Assembly (NCBI GenBank): GCA_945929875.1
Contig: CAMEOO010000002.1
Span: 65,813 to 129,812, forward strand
DNA: 64,000 nt
Source: an uncultured Bacillales bacterium
Lineage (GTDB): Bacteria > Bacillota_I > Bacilli_A > RFN20 > CAG-449
Direction of reading: 5' to 3'
Below, piece after piece: positions 38,239-46,749 of the stretch; within the stretch, counting starts at the first letter, position 1; every line of letters begins with the position of its first letter. The position numbers and the translations under genes are program-made. The notes below the pieces were generated by a model. That model saw only the letters and a program-made list of their open reading frames with translations, was not told where the DNA came from and made no database searches.

Positions 38239-39130
38239 TAATGAAAAAGATTTTATTAGTTTAATTAGAATAGTAAGTGAATATTATAAAATTGATCCTG
38301 CTTTTGTAGAAAAGGATTATTTTGTAACTCTTTTATTGAAAGAATTATCTCAAAGAGTACCTACTCTTATTTTTAAAGGTGGGACATCATTATCAAAATG
38401 CCATAAATTAATAGATAGGTTTTCAGAAGATATCGACTTGACTTTAGATGAAAATCATCAGCCTCAGGGTCAAAAAAAGATGATGAAAGCTCAGCTAGTT
38501 AAATCTTGTGAAGTTCTTGATTTGAATCTTTTAAACTATGAAGAAATAAGAAGTAGAAGAGATTATAACTGCTATAAGATAGAATATCCAATCCAATTCC
38601 ACTCATTAGGAATAAAACCTACATTACTAGTAGAAACTACTTATATAACTAAAGCATATCCTAGTGAAATCAAAAATGTTACCTCAATAATTTACGATTA
38701 TTTATTTGAAACTAAAAATGTAGCGGCAATTGAAAAATATGATTTGAAGCCATTTGAGATAAGAGTGCAAACACTTGATAGAACTTTAGTGGATAAAGTA
38801 TTTGCTATTTGCGATTATTTTAAAAGAGATAAGATAGAAAGAAATTCTAGACATATTTATGATCTATATTATTTGTCCTCAAAGGTGAAATTAGATGAAA
38901 AATTAAAAGAATTAGTAAATGAAGTTCGCTCTGAAAGAAAAGAAAACCCTCTTTGTATTTCTGCACAAGATGGAGTAAATGTCTCTTCGATGTTACTAGA
39001 TATCATTAAAACAAATGCATATAAAAGTGATTATGAAAAAATCACTAAAACTATGATGCACACACAATTGCCTTATGAAGATGCGATAAACGCTATAAAA
39101 ATTATCAGCGAAAGTGGAGTATTCGATTAA
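38225..39130 (+). CDS. abiEii: AbiEii/AbiGii-family nucleotidyltransferase toxin
   Basis: EKDYFVT...LIFKGGTSLSKCHKLIDRFSEDIDLT is the DUF1814 signature. I place the start at MNLHNN (38225) after GGGGTG. Confidence 0.85.
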   Translation: MNLHNNEKDFISLIRIVSEYYKIDPAFVEKDYFVTLLLKELSQRVPTLIFKGGTSLSKCHKLIDRFSEDIDLTLDENHQPQGQKKMMKAQLVKSCEVLDLNLLNYEEIRSRRDYNCYKIEYPIQFHSLGIKPTLLVETTYITKAYPSEIKNVTSIIYDYLFETKNVAAIEKYDLKPFEIRVQTLDRTLVDKVFAICDYFKRDKIERNSRHIYDLYYLSSKVKLDEKLKELVNEVRSERKENPLCISAQDGVNVSSMLLDIIKTNAYKSDYEKITKTMMHTQLPYEDAINAIKIISESGVFD

Positions 39131-39148
39131 TTAATTACTATTTAATTT

Positions 39149-39173
39149 GAGTGGGTAACCACTCATTTTTTTT
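39149..39173 (+). terminator. intrinsic terminator after abiEii
   Basis: GAGTGG-gtaa-CCACTC, then A and TTTTTTTT. Confidence 0.85.
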
Positions 39174-39299
39174 AATAAATAAAACGATGAAAAAATAATA
39201 ATTGATATTATTTTATCGAATATTATTAAATATTATTAAAAAAGGAAAAAAAATAAATTATAATTTAAATAATTTATAGCTCATAGAGAGGAAGTATAT

Positions 39300-39545
39300 A
39301 TGAAAGTAGTTATCTGTGTTGGCTCATCTTGCCACTTAAAAGGAAGTCATGAAGTATTAGTTAGACTTCAAGAATTAATTAGTGAAAATAAAGTTGAAGA
39401 TAAAGTTGAATTAGCGGCTTCGTTTTGCCTAGGACAATGCGCGCAAGGGGTGTCGATGATAATCGATGGAAAGTTAGTGACTAACGCAAATAAGGATACG
39501 ATTGATTCAATTTTTAATGAACAAATTTTGCCTTATGCAAAATAG
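39300..39545 (+). CDS. small thioredoxin-like [2Fe-2S] ferredoxin-domain protein
   Basis: VICVGSSCHLKGS ... FCLGQCAQG cysteine pattern. 81 aa. First gene of the sensory-hydrogenase module. Confidence 0.7.
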   Translation: MKVVICVGSSCHLKGSHEVLVRLQELISENKVEDKVELAASFCLGQCAQGVSMIIDGKLVTNANKDTIDSIFNEQILPYAK

Positions 39546-39554
39546 AGGTGAGTT

Positions 39555-41225
39555 ATGGGATATTTAAAATTTATTATTGATAACTGCAAAGATTGCTATT
39601 CGTGTTTAAGAAGCTGTCCAGTTAAAGCAATTAAATTTGAAAATAATAAAGCGGTAATTTTAGAAGATAGCTGCATACTATGTGGGCATTGTGTCAACGT
39701 GTGCCCTCACGATGCGAAAAACGTCATCTCTTCCATTGAGAAAGTCAAAGAATTAATTAAAGATAAGAATAATAAAGTAATTCTAAGTGTGGCTCCAAGT
39801 TTTATTGCCAATTTTCCGGTAAACAATTTTTCTTCGTTTAAAGAAGCGTGTAAAGAACTAGGATTTTACGATGTTGAAGAAACCGCAATAGGAGCAAGAA
39901 TGGTGACTGAAGAATATTTAAAGATAATAAAGAAAAACACCATGAGCGCGATTATTTCTACTTCTTGTCCAGCGGCTAATGATTACGTTAGAAAGAATTA
40001 CCCTAATGCTATTAAATATTTAGCTCCGGTAGTTTCACCGATGGTGGCTCATGCAAAATTAATTAGAGAAAAGTATAAAAATGAATGCAAAGTAGTATTT
40101 GTTGGACCATGCATTGCAAAAAAGAAAGAAGCGGATATTTCTAAAGAAATCGATAGTGTGCTCACTTTCGAAGAATTATTGCAAATGCTAGAGGAAAAAA
40201 ACATCAGTTTTAAGGAAACAGATGATCAAAATGATATTAATTTAGTGAGTAGGTATTATCCTATTAATCGTGGTATCATTAAGTCATTTTCTAGAACTGC
40301 TCCAACTGAATACGACTACATCTCCATTGATGGAAGCGATGAACTAGATGATATCTTAGAAAACATCGATAGTTTTGACCACGTATTTATCGAGATGAAT
40401 ATGTGTAAAGGTGGATGTGTCAATGGACCTTGTAGATTATCTAAAAACTCGGCGATGAAGGATGTTACTATCGTTAGAAACTTCGTAAAGAAAAAAGAAG
40501 TAGTTACTAAAAGCATAGACCACGATTTAGATTTATCTAAAACATTTACTCCTTTAGCAAATAATTTTAAAGTTCCAACAGAAGAAGAAATCAACCATAT
40601 ACTGATGCAACTTTCAAAATTTAAAAGGGAAGATGAAATTAACTGCGGTGCTTGCGGATTTAAAACTTGTCGCGAAAAAGCAATTTCAATTTTTAATGGA
40701 TTGACCGATCCAGAATTTTGTATGCCATATTTAAAAAATAAAGCCGAATCAATTTCTAATGAAATTATGGAACATACTCCAAATGGAATTATCACAGTAG
40801 ATAAAGAAGGAAGATTGATCGATATCAATAAAAGGGCATATGATTATTTAGATTTATCTAAAGATGCAATAGGTCATTTCTATTCAGAATATGTTGAATT
40901 ACCTGAACTAATGGAACAGATTGATAAAGAGGAAAATCTAGATTCTCTAATTGTTTATAACGATAAGAAAAATATGTATTTTGACGTCTCCATTACTTAT
41001 GTAAAAGATCATAATGTCGCTTTTGCTATCTATAAAGATGTCACTCAAGAAACGTTAAACGAAGAAAATATGAAAAAGCTTAGAAACGAGATGATCGATG
41101 TAACTAATCAAGTTATTAACAAGCAAATGGCGGCTGTTCAAGAAATTGCTTCTCTACTTGGTGAATCTACCGCGGAAGCAAAAATAGCGTTGATTAACTT
41201 TAAAAATAGCTTAAAGGATGAATAG
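39555..41225 (+). CDS. hydS: putative sensory [FeFe]-hydrogenase (HydS/HfsB-like, group C) with a C-terminal PAS domain
   Basis: N-terminal 2x[4Fe-4S] (CKDCYSCLRSCP, CILCGHCVNVCP). H-domain with altered motifs TSCPA, GPCIAKKKE and MCKGGCVNGP. Cys364-x2-Cys-x4-Cys-x16-Cys389 (40644-40721), then a PAS-like region (NGIITVDKEGRLIDINKRAYDYL). Confidence 0.8.
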   Translation: MGYLKFIIDNCKDCYSCLRSCPVKAIKFENNKAVILEDSCILCGHCVNVCPHDAKNVISSIEKVKELIKDKNNKVILSVAPSFIANFPVNNFSSFKEACKELGFYDVEETAIGARMVTEEYLKIIKKNTMSAIISTSCPAANDYVRKNYPNAIKYLAPVVSPMVAHAKLIREKYKNECKVVFVGPCIAKKKEADISKEIDSVLTFEELLQMLEEKNISFKETDDQNDINLVSRYYPINRGIIKSFSRTAPTEYDYISIDGSDELDDILENIDSFDHVFIEMNMCKGGCVNGPCRLSKNSAMKDVTIVRNFVKKKEVVTKSIDHDLDLSKTFTPLANNFKVPTEEEINHILMQLSKFKREDEINCGACGFKTCREKAISIFNGLTDPEFCMPYLKNKAESISNEIMEHTPNGIITVDKEGRLIDINKRAYDYLDLSKDAIGHFYSEYVELPELMEQIDKEENLDSLIVYNDKKNMYFDVSITYVKDHNVAFAIYKDVTQETLNEENMKKLRNEMIDVTNQVINKQMAAVQEIASLLGESTAEAKIALINFKNSLKDE

Positions 41226-41226
41226 T

Positions 41227-42387
41227 ATGAAATACTTTATTGACGATGGCTATGTTTCATTAAACCACATAGGAGAAGAACTTTGTGGAGACAAAGTTGA
41301 AGTCGTAAGAAAAAAAGAAGGGACGACGATCGTTTTAGCCGATGGCTTAGGCTCGGGCGTTAAAGCGAATATTTTAGCAACTTTAACTTCTAAACTTTTG
41401 TGCTTGATGATTGCAAACGGGGCAGATATTGAAGAGTGTATTTCTTCAGTAATTTCTACTTTACCAGTTTGCCAAGTTAGAAAAGTTGCTTATTCCACTT
41501 TTACGGTAATTCATTTAGATCACGAAGGAAAAGGTTATATTTTTGAATTTGACAATCCTCCTTTGATTTATATTAGAGATGGAAAAAGGTTATCTCTTCA
41601 AAGAGAAAAAAGAGTAATTATGGATAAAACCGTCTATTTTTCTTCCATCGACGCATTAGAAAATGATTGCATCATCTTTTGTAGTGATGGAGCTCCTCAT
41701 GCTGGAATTGGTAAGACTATGAACTTAGGATGGTCGATGGATGATATATCTAATTATGTACTTGCAAATTATTCCAAAGATAAATCGGCGATGGAGATTG
41801 CTTCTTTAGTGGGCGAAGCTTGCAATTCACTATATATGAATGAACCAGGAGATGACACTACAATCGCTGCTTTAAGAATTGTAAAGCCAGTGACGGTTAA
41901 CCTTTTAGTGGGCCCTCCTATGAAAGAAGAAGATGACTTTATAGTTGCAGAAAAGTTCATGAATCAAGAAGGGATTAAAATCGTCTGCGGTGGCACTACC
42001 TCAAAAATTATGTCTAAGTATCTAAATAAAGAAATAAGACCTTCTTTAAATTATTTATCTCCTGATGTCCCTCCAATAGCTACCATCGACGGCTTAGATT
42101 TAGTTACTGAAGGAGTAATCACTTTAGGGAAAGTTTTAGAAGTAACTCAACATTATTTAGACAATAAAGATGTATATAATAAGTCTCTTAAGGAAAAAGA
42201 TGGCGCAACTTTATTAGCTAACTACATACTAAAAAGAGCTAGTCACATCAATCTTTTTGTTGGTACTACATTAAATCCTGCACATAAAGATTTGCCAATC
42301 GATCTTTCCATGAAGATGAAAATTGTAGAAAATCTTAAAAAATCTTTAGAGGATTGTGGGAAAATAGTTACCATTCAATATCATTAA
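41227..42387 (+). CDS. PP2C/SpoIIE-family serine phosphatase
   Basis: GEELCGDKVEVV...VLADGLGSGVKANILA...SDGAPHAG...GDDTTIAALR motifs. I place the start at MKYFID (41227), 10 nt after AAGGA. Confidence 0.8.
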   Translation: MKYFIDDGYVSLNHIGEELCGDKVEVVRKKEGTTIVLADGLGSGVKANILATLTSKLLCLMIANGADIEECISSVISTLPVCQVRKVAYSTFTVIHLDHEGKGYIFEFDNPPLIYIRDGKRLSLQREKRVIMDKTVYFSSIDALENDCIIFCSDGAPHAGIGKTMNLGWSMDDISNYVLANYSKDKSAMEIASLVGEACNSLYMNEPGDDTTIAALRIVKPVTVNLLVGPPMKEEDDFIVAEKFMNQEGIKIVCGGTTSKIMSKYLNKEIRPSLNYLSPDVPPIATIDGLDLVTEGVITLGKVLEVTQHYLDNKDVYNKSLKEKDGATLLANYILKRASHINLFVGTTLNPAHKDLPIDLSMKMKIVENLKKSLEDCGKIVTIQYH

Positions 42388-42503
42388 GGGATACTTAACT
42401 AATTAATATAATTAATAATTAAAAAACAATAGATTTATTTATAAGCATTATGATAAAATCAAACCGATAAAAAATTATCGAATAATGAAAGGGAATATAA
42501 TAA

Positions 42504-42968
42504 ATGAAGACAAATGAAGAAATGTTCAAAGAATTAGATGACTTTATAGACTCATTAAATTCTGATCCAAAAGAATTAATTGCTATTCTCCATCGCGCTC
42601 AAGATATTTTTGGTTATCTTCCAATGGTAGTTCAAACTCACATTGCAAGAAAACTAAATATCAATGTTTCTAAAGTTTATGGTGTAGTATCATTCTATTC
42701 TTTCTTCTCAATGAAACCAAAAGGTGAAAATGTTATTGCAATTTGCCTTGGTACTGCTTGCTTTGTAAGAGGATCAGGCAAAATCTTAGAAAGAGTGGAA
42801 GAACTTTTAGGAATTAAAAATGGTGAAACTACTCCTGATGGCAAGTTTACTATTACCACTTTAAGGTGCGTCGGAGCTTGTGGACTTGCTCCAGTTATGC
42901 AAATCAATGACAAAACTTATGGAAATATTACTCCAGAAGATGTCGAAAGCATTTTGGCAAATTATTAA
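42504..42968 (+). CDS. hydC: NuoE-like [2Fe-2S] subunit of bifurcating-type [FeFe]-hydrogenase (HydC)
   Basis: ICLGTACFVRGS ... LRCVGACGLAPV cysteine motif. 154 aa. Confidence 0.9.
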   Translation: MKTNEEMFKELDDFIDSLNSDPKELIAILHRAQDIFGYLPMVVQTHIARKLNINVSKVYGVVSFYSFFSMKPKGENVIAICLGTACFVRGSGKILERVEELLGIKNGETTPDGKFTITTLRCVGACGLAPVMQINDKTYGNITPEDVESILANY

Positions 42969-42985
42969 GAGGGAGGAGTTTTGTT

Positions 42986-44887
42986 ATGTGTAAAAAAATT
43001 AACTCAAAAGAAGAATTATTAGCCCTTTACGATAATGTTAAGGATTTATTGGAATTAAGAACGACAGTCAATGAGAATCCAGAAAAATATCATATTTCCG
43101 TATGTGGAGGAACTGGATGTAGCTCATCAAATTCTCTTAAGATCGTCGAAGCGTTAAAACATTGGGCAAAAGAATATAAAGTCGAAGATAAAGTTGAGAT
43201 TTCTATTACTGGATGTTTCGGATTCTGTGAAAGAGGACCAATTGTTAAAATATTCCCTGATCATGTCTTCTATACTAAAGTTAATGAAGAAGAAGCTGAA
43301 AGAATTATTCGTCGCCATATCTGTAATCACGATATCATTCATCACCTTTTATATAAGAATGAACAAGGTGAAAGAGTATTTACTCAAGAAAACATCAATT
43401 TCTATAAAAAGCAAGAGAGAATCGCTTTAAGAAATTGTGGACTTATCAATCCGGAAGTCATCGCGGAAACTATCGCAGCAAAAGGTTATCAAGCTCTTGC
43501 AAAAGCATTAACTGAAATGACTCCTGATGAAGTAATCGATGTCATCTCTAAATCTGGACTAAGAGGAAGAGGGGGAGCAGGTTTTCCAACCGGATTAAAA
43601 TGGAAATTAGCCAAAGCTTCTCTTGGAAAAGAAAAATATGTAATTTGTAACGCTGATGAAGGTGATCCAGGTGCATTTATGGATCGTTCAATATTAGAAG
43701 GGGACCCTCATTCAGTACTAGAATCTATGGCCATTTGTGGTTATGCAATCGGAGCAAATGAAGGAGAAATCTATATTCGTGCTGAGTATCCTCTTGCAGT
43801 CAAACGTTTGCAAATTGCAATTGAACAAGCAACCGAAATGGGTTTATTAGGAGATCATATCTTAGGCACTGATTTTTCTTTCCACATCAATATTAAATAT
43901 GGTGCTGGCGCTTTCGTCTGCGGTGAAGAAACTGCTTTAATTCATTCAATTGAAGGTAAAAGAGGAGAACCTACCTTAAAACCTCCTTTCCCAGCGGTAA
44001 AAGGTTTGTATGGTAAGCCAACAAACGTCAATAACGTTGAAACGTGGGCAAATGTTCCATATATTATCTTAAATGGAGCAGAAGCTTTTGCTTCAATGGG
44101 AACTGAAAAGTCTAAAGGAACAAAAGTATTTGCTTTAGCGGGTAAGATTAATAACGTCGGTTTAGTTGAAGTTCCAATGGGAACAACCTTGCGAGAAATC
44201 ATCTATGAGATTGGTGGCGGTATTAAAAATGGAAAGAAGTTTAAAGCGGTTCAAACTGGTGGACCTAGTGGAGGGTGCTTATCTGAAAAAGATTTAGATA
44301 CCCCAATCGATTACGACAATTTAGTTGAAAAAGGTTCAATGATGGGAAGTGGAGGAATGATCGTCCTCGATGAAGATGACTGTATGGTCAACATTGCTAA
44401 ATTCTACCTTGAATTCACCGTTGAAGAATCTTGTGGAAAATGTACTCCTTGCCGAATTGGCAATATGAGAATGCTTGAAATCTTAAATAAGATTACCGAT
44501 GGTGAAGGAACGTTGGAAGATCTTGAAAAATTAGAAAACTTAGCCGCGACGATTAAAGATGGTTCTTTATGCGCCTTAGGTCAATCTGCGCCAAACCCAG
44601 TATTATCGACGCTAAAGGAATTTAGAGATGAATATATCGCTCACATCGTCGATAAGAAGTGTCCTGCTGGTTCATGTAAGAACTTAGTCAACTTTGAAAT
44701 TATCACTGAAAACTGCTTAGGATGTGGTATGTGTGCAAGAAACTGCCCAGTTGGGGCAATTTATAAAACTGATAAATTTGGAAAGAATCCTCGACTCAAT
44801 GCTTATGCAATCGATTCAGCCAAATGTATTAAGTGTGGAACTTGTATTGGCAAGTGTCCAGCTAAACCAAAAGCAATTAAAAAGTAG
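42986..44887 (+). CDS. hydB: NuoF-like NAD(P)H/FMN-binding subunit (HydB)
   Basis: GLRGRGGAGFPTGLKW, ICNADEGDPGAFMDR, ESCGKCTPCR and two C-terminal CxxCxxCxxxCP ferredoxin motifs. N-terminal 2Fe-2S domain. Confidence 0.9.
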   Translation: MCKKINSKEELLALYDNVKDLLELRTTVNENPEKYHISVCGGTGCSSSNSLKIVEALKHWAKEYKVEDKVEISITGCFGFCERGPIVKIFPDHVFYTKVNEEEAERIIRRHICNHDIIHHLLYKNEQGERVFTQENINFYKKQERIALRNCGLINPEVIAETIAAKGYQALAKALTEMTPDEVIDVISKSGLRGRGGAGFPTGLKWKLAKASLGKEKYVICNADEGDPGAFMDRSILEGDPHSVLESMAICGYAIGANEGEIYIRAEYPLAVKRLQIAIEQATEMGLLGDHILGTDFSFHINIKYGAGAFVCGEETALIHSIEGKRGEPTLKPPFPAVKGLYGKPTNVNNVETWANVPYIILNGAEAFASMGTEKSKGTKVFALAGKINNVGLVEVPMGTTLREIIYEIGGGIKNGKKFKAVQTGGPSGGCLSEKDLDTPIDYDNLVEKGSMMGSGGMIVLDEDDCMVNIAKFYLEFTVEESCGKCTPCRIGNMRMLEILNKITDGEGTLEDLEKLENLAATIKDGSLCALGQSAPNPVLSTLKEFRDEYIAHIVDKKCPAGSCKNLVNFEIITENCLGCGMCARNCPVGAIYKTDKFGKNPRLNAYAIDSAKCIKCGTCIGKCPAKPKAIKK

Positions 44888-44898
44888 GAGGATTAGTA

Positions 44899-46623
44899 AT
44901 GTTAGCCCATATTAAGATTAATAATATCGAGTTTTTAGAAGAAACTTCACTTACGATATTACAAGTAGCAAAAAAACATGGTATTAAAATTCCTACTTTG
45001 TGTTACTTAAAAAAAGAAGAAGCAAATTTTGAGCATAAACCTGCTTCTTGTAGAGTTTGTTTAGTAGAAATTAAAGGGCGTAGAACTTTAGCTCCTGCTT
45101 GCGCTACTTATATTACTGATGGAATGGAAATTTTCACCAATAATAAGAGAGTTAGAAGAGAAAGAAGAATAATCGTTGAACTTCTTTTGTCAAATCACCC
45201 TCACGATTGTTTAATCTGTGAAAAGAATGGAAAATGCGAGCTTCAAGATTTAGCATATGAGCTTGGAATCAAGCAAATTGCTTTCACTGGCCCTTTATCG
45301 CAAGAAAATAAATATGTAGAGGGAAGAACAATAAAAAGAAACGCAAGCAAGTGCGTATTATGTAATAGATGTACCGCTATATGTGAAAAAGTTCAATCCG
45401 TCGGAGCAATTTCTGCTTCTTTAAGAGGATATAAAACAGTTATTTCGGAAGCATTTGACTGCGTTCAATGTGGTCAATGCGTTCAAGTGTGTCCTACTGG
45501 CGCTTTACTTCAAATTGATGATGTCACTAACGTTGAAAGAGTGTTGAATGATCCAAATAAATACGTTGTCGTTCACACCGCTCCAGCAGTAAGGGTATCT
45601 CTTGGAGAAGAGTTTGGCTTAAAGCCAGGTACTGATGTTACTGGAAAAATGATTACCGCATTAAGAATGTTAGGATTTAAAAAAGTATTTGACACCAATT
45701 TTGGGGCAGACTTAACTATTATGGAAGAAGCAACTGAACTTGTTCATCGCTTAAAGGAAAATAAAAATCTTCCATTAATTACTTCTTGTTGCCCAGGATG
45801 GATTAACTTTATTGAGACTCAATATCCTGAATTATTAAATCTACCTTCTTCATGTAAGTCTCCTCAAGAGATGTTTGGGGCAGTTTGTAAAACTTACTTT
45901 GCTGAAAAAGAAGGAATTAAGAAAGAAGATTTAGTTGTAGTTTCATTAATGCCATGCATCGCTAAAAAACAAGAAGCAAAACGTGAAGTTATGAAATTAG
46001 ATGACACTAATTTTGAAACTGACTATTCAATGTCGGCCAAAGAATTTGCGGGAATGTTAAGAAGATTTGGAATTGATTTATCGACTTTAGAAGATGGAGA
46101 ATTTGACTCTCCACTTGGTGAATCAACTGGTGCGGCCACTATCTTTGGTAACTCTGGAGGAGTTATGGAAGCGGCAGTTAGAACTGCTTCTCTTTGGGTA
46201 AATGGCGAGGCAAAGGATAAATTAGAATTCCATGGAGTATTTGGACAACCTAACACTAAAGAAACCTTTGTCACCTTAGGAGAACAAACTTTACATCTAT
46301 GTGTAGTTTCTGGTTTAGCAAATGCTAGAAAAGTATTAGAAGATATAAAAGCTGGTAAAAATTCTTATGATGCAATCGAAGTGATGGCTTGTCCAGGCGG
46401 ATGTGTAAATGGTGGAGGTCAACCTATCGATAAAAATAATAATTCTGCTGAAGTCGTCGCTTTAAGAAAAGAAGGCCTAAGAACAATCGATAGAAATAAA
46501 TCAATTCGTATTTCTTGCGAAAATGAATCTATTAAAAAACTATATGATGAATATTTAGGAGAACCAGGTTCTGAAAAGGCCCATCATTTATTACATACTA
46601 CATATCGAAATAGAAGAGATTAA
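44899..46623 (+). CDS. hydA: catalytic [FeFe]-hydrogenase subunit (HydA, group A)
   Basis: N-terminal 2Fe-2S and His-ligated/4Fe-4S domains. H-cluster motifs TSCCPGW, MPCIAKKQEA and EVMACPGGCVNGGGQP. Confidence 0.95.
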   Translation: MLAHIKINNIEFLEETSLTILQVAKKHGIKIPTLCYLKKEEANFEHKPASCRVCLVEIKGRRTLAPACATYITDGMEIFTNNKRVRRERRIIVELLLSNHPHDCLICEKNGKCELQDLAYELGIKQIAFTGPLSQENKYVEGRTIKRNASKCVLCNRCTAICEKVQSVGAISASLRGYKTVISEAFDCVQCGQCVQVCPTGALLQIDDVTNVERVLNDPNKYVVVHTAPAVRVSLGEEFGLKPGTDVTGKMITALRMLGFKKVFDTNFGADLTIMEEATELVHRLKENKNLPLITSCCPGWINFIETQYPELLNLPSSCKSPQEMFGAVCKTYFAEKEGIKKEDLVVVSLMPCIAKKQEAKREVMKLDDTNFETDYSMSAKEFAGMLRRFGIDLSTLEDGEFDSPLGESTGAATIFGNSGGVMEAAVRTASLWVNGEAKDKLEFHGVFGQPNTKETFVTLGEQTLHLCVVSGLANARKVLEDIKAGKNSYDAIEVMACPGGCVNGGGQPIDKNNNSAEVVALRKEGLRTIDRNKSIRISCENESIKKLYDEYLGEPGSEKAHHLLHTTYRNRRD

Positions 46624-46634
46624 TTAGAACTTAC

Positions 46635-46664
46635 AGGATGGTGTTTACCATCCTTTATTTTTTA
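46635..46664 (+). terminator. intrinsic terminator after hydA
   Basis: AGGATGGT-gttt-ACCATCCT then TTATTTTTT. Confidence 0.85.
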
Positions 46665-46749
46665 TAAAAAAATATTATCTTTTTTTTGTTGTTTATCTTT
46701 GATAAATGTTTTAAAGTAAATAAGTGAAAATAGAAAGGCATTAAGTTAT

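Noticed and set aside
40316-40828. 170-aa minus-strand ORF inside hydS
   Set aside because: It is antisense to a gene with multiple conserved Fe-S and H-domain motifs. The translation is Ser/Leu/Ile-rich with no features.
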